A stretch of 63,812 nt of DNA, filler included, from Chiloscyllium plagiosum (taxonomy: Eukaryota), in NCBI RefSeq assembly GCF_004010195.1. It is 4 parts of one record of this genome, joined end to end, with 100 filler letters (N's around TTAATTAATTAA, not from the genome) between each part and the next. Parts side by side here need not be neighbours in the genome. Positions count along the whole stretch, not along the records: positions 56,884 to 63,812 come from NC_057713.1; 3 more parts are not named here. One strand, written 5' to 3'. This document shows, piece after piece, positions 62,940 through 63,812 of the stretch; the first letter of the stretch is position 1; every line of letters starts with the position of its first letter. The notes under the pieces were generated by a model, which did no database searches, was not told the origin of the DNA, and saw nothing but the letters and a program-made list of their open reading frames with translations. A program made the translations under genes and the position numbers.

Positions 62940-63250
62940 CCCTGATTTGCCTTTCCAAAATGCAGCACCTGATGTTTATCTAGATTGAACTTCATCCACC
63001 ACTCCTCTATCCATTGGCCCATCTGATGAGGGTCCCACTGAATTTTCCGGCAACTATACCTCCAGTTTTGGTGTCATCTGCAAACTTACAAGCCATACCT
63101 CCTATGTTCACATTTGAATCATTTTTATAAATTGAAACGCAGTGGGCCTAGTACTGATCCTTGTGGCATACTGCTGATTGCAGGCCTTCAGTCTGAAAAG
63201 CTGAACCTTCACCACTACCCTGTGTCTTCTACCTTCGAGCCAGTTCTTGG
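62940..63250 (-). mobile_element. CR1-type LINE RT fragment
   Basis: Reverse strand KFADDTK (gtgtcatctgcaaac on +) and PQGSVLGPL. Confidence 0.8.
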
Positions 63251-63782
63251 CTGAAGTATTTGCATCCATCTGCAGCCAAAATTACTGAGTGCATAATTCA
63301 TTTTGGTGTACTGTTGGGGTCCAGAGCATCAGAGATAAAAGATTTTTGTATTTTTTATTCACTGCACATGATGTCAAGGAAATGCTGAGCATATTGAATA
63401 TTATCAATGTTTATAGGCTGACAACATCCCAGCATTGCACTGAATACTTGTGCTTCAGAGCTGTATCTGTATATTGCCAAAGTGTTCAGTATAGCTTCGA
63501 CAGAAACTCATGTGGGTCAGAGGACAGCAGTTGCAACATCTTTTGCAAAAAGACAGTTGCTTTATGAAGCACAGGAAAACCAGGTGCATTTTGGAAGCTA
63601 ATCTGCGGCAGACAATATCCCTAGCGCACCACTTTCTGGGTGAAGAAATTTCTCAACTCGATCTTAAGTGGCTTATCCCATATCCTAAAATATGACCCTG
63701 GTTCTGCAACTCCCCAATCAGGAATATTTTCCTACATTCACTCTGTTAACTTGTTAGAATTTTATAAGTTTCTATAAGATTC

Positions 63783-63810
63783 CTGAAGAAGGGCTTATGC
63801 CCGAAACGTC
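63783..63810 (+). ncRNA. Minimal hammerhead ribozyme motif (family A) at the window end
   Basis: auuc CUGAAGA A GGGC uuau GCCC GAAA CG UC ga. Confidence 0.78.
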
Positions 63811-63812
63811 GA

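Noticed and set aside
63400..63590. Exon-like, Cys-rich ORF 63289-63567
   Set aside because: Another frame reads DNIPA / LNTCASEL...AKVF, a decayed LINE pre-RT motif.
1..63812. CRISPR arrays, operons or other prokaryotic systems
   Set aside because: No regularly spaced repeat-spacer array is present. The sequence is spliced eukaryotic DNA, and the RT and nuclease ORFs are retrotransposon remnants.

Overview
Vertebrate genomic DNA, most likely a cartilaginous fish (shark), inferred from HE1/V-type tRNA SINEs, CR1/HER1-type LINEs and the divergence of the proteins. Two host genes are recognisable and lie tail to tail. RAD21 (+) contributes its last two coding exons (751-834 and 13446-13637), and UTP23 (-) contributes exons 2 and 3 (20422-20596 and 18512-18880). 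UTP23 exon 1 is not visible and probably lies in the adjacent assembly gap. Most of the rest is transposon debris: CR1-, L2- and Rex1/Babar-type LINEs, tRNA-derived SINEs, Penelope-like elements (PLEs), PIF/Harbinger relics, two TA-flanked Tc1/mariner-type MITEs and two solo-LTR-like inserts. There are three 100-bp scaffold gaps with an artificial TTAATTAATTAA linker. The most notable signal is a set of more than a dozen minimal hammerhead-ribozyme motifs (CUGANGA-stem II-GAAA-palindromic 4-mer-H) in four PLE/retrozyme-like repeat families whose stems covary. Several of these sit in short inverted insertions bounded by 11-17 bp target-site duplications. Repeat boundaries are approximate unless a TSD or TIR is quoted.
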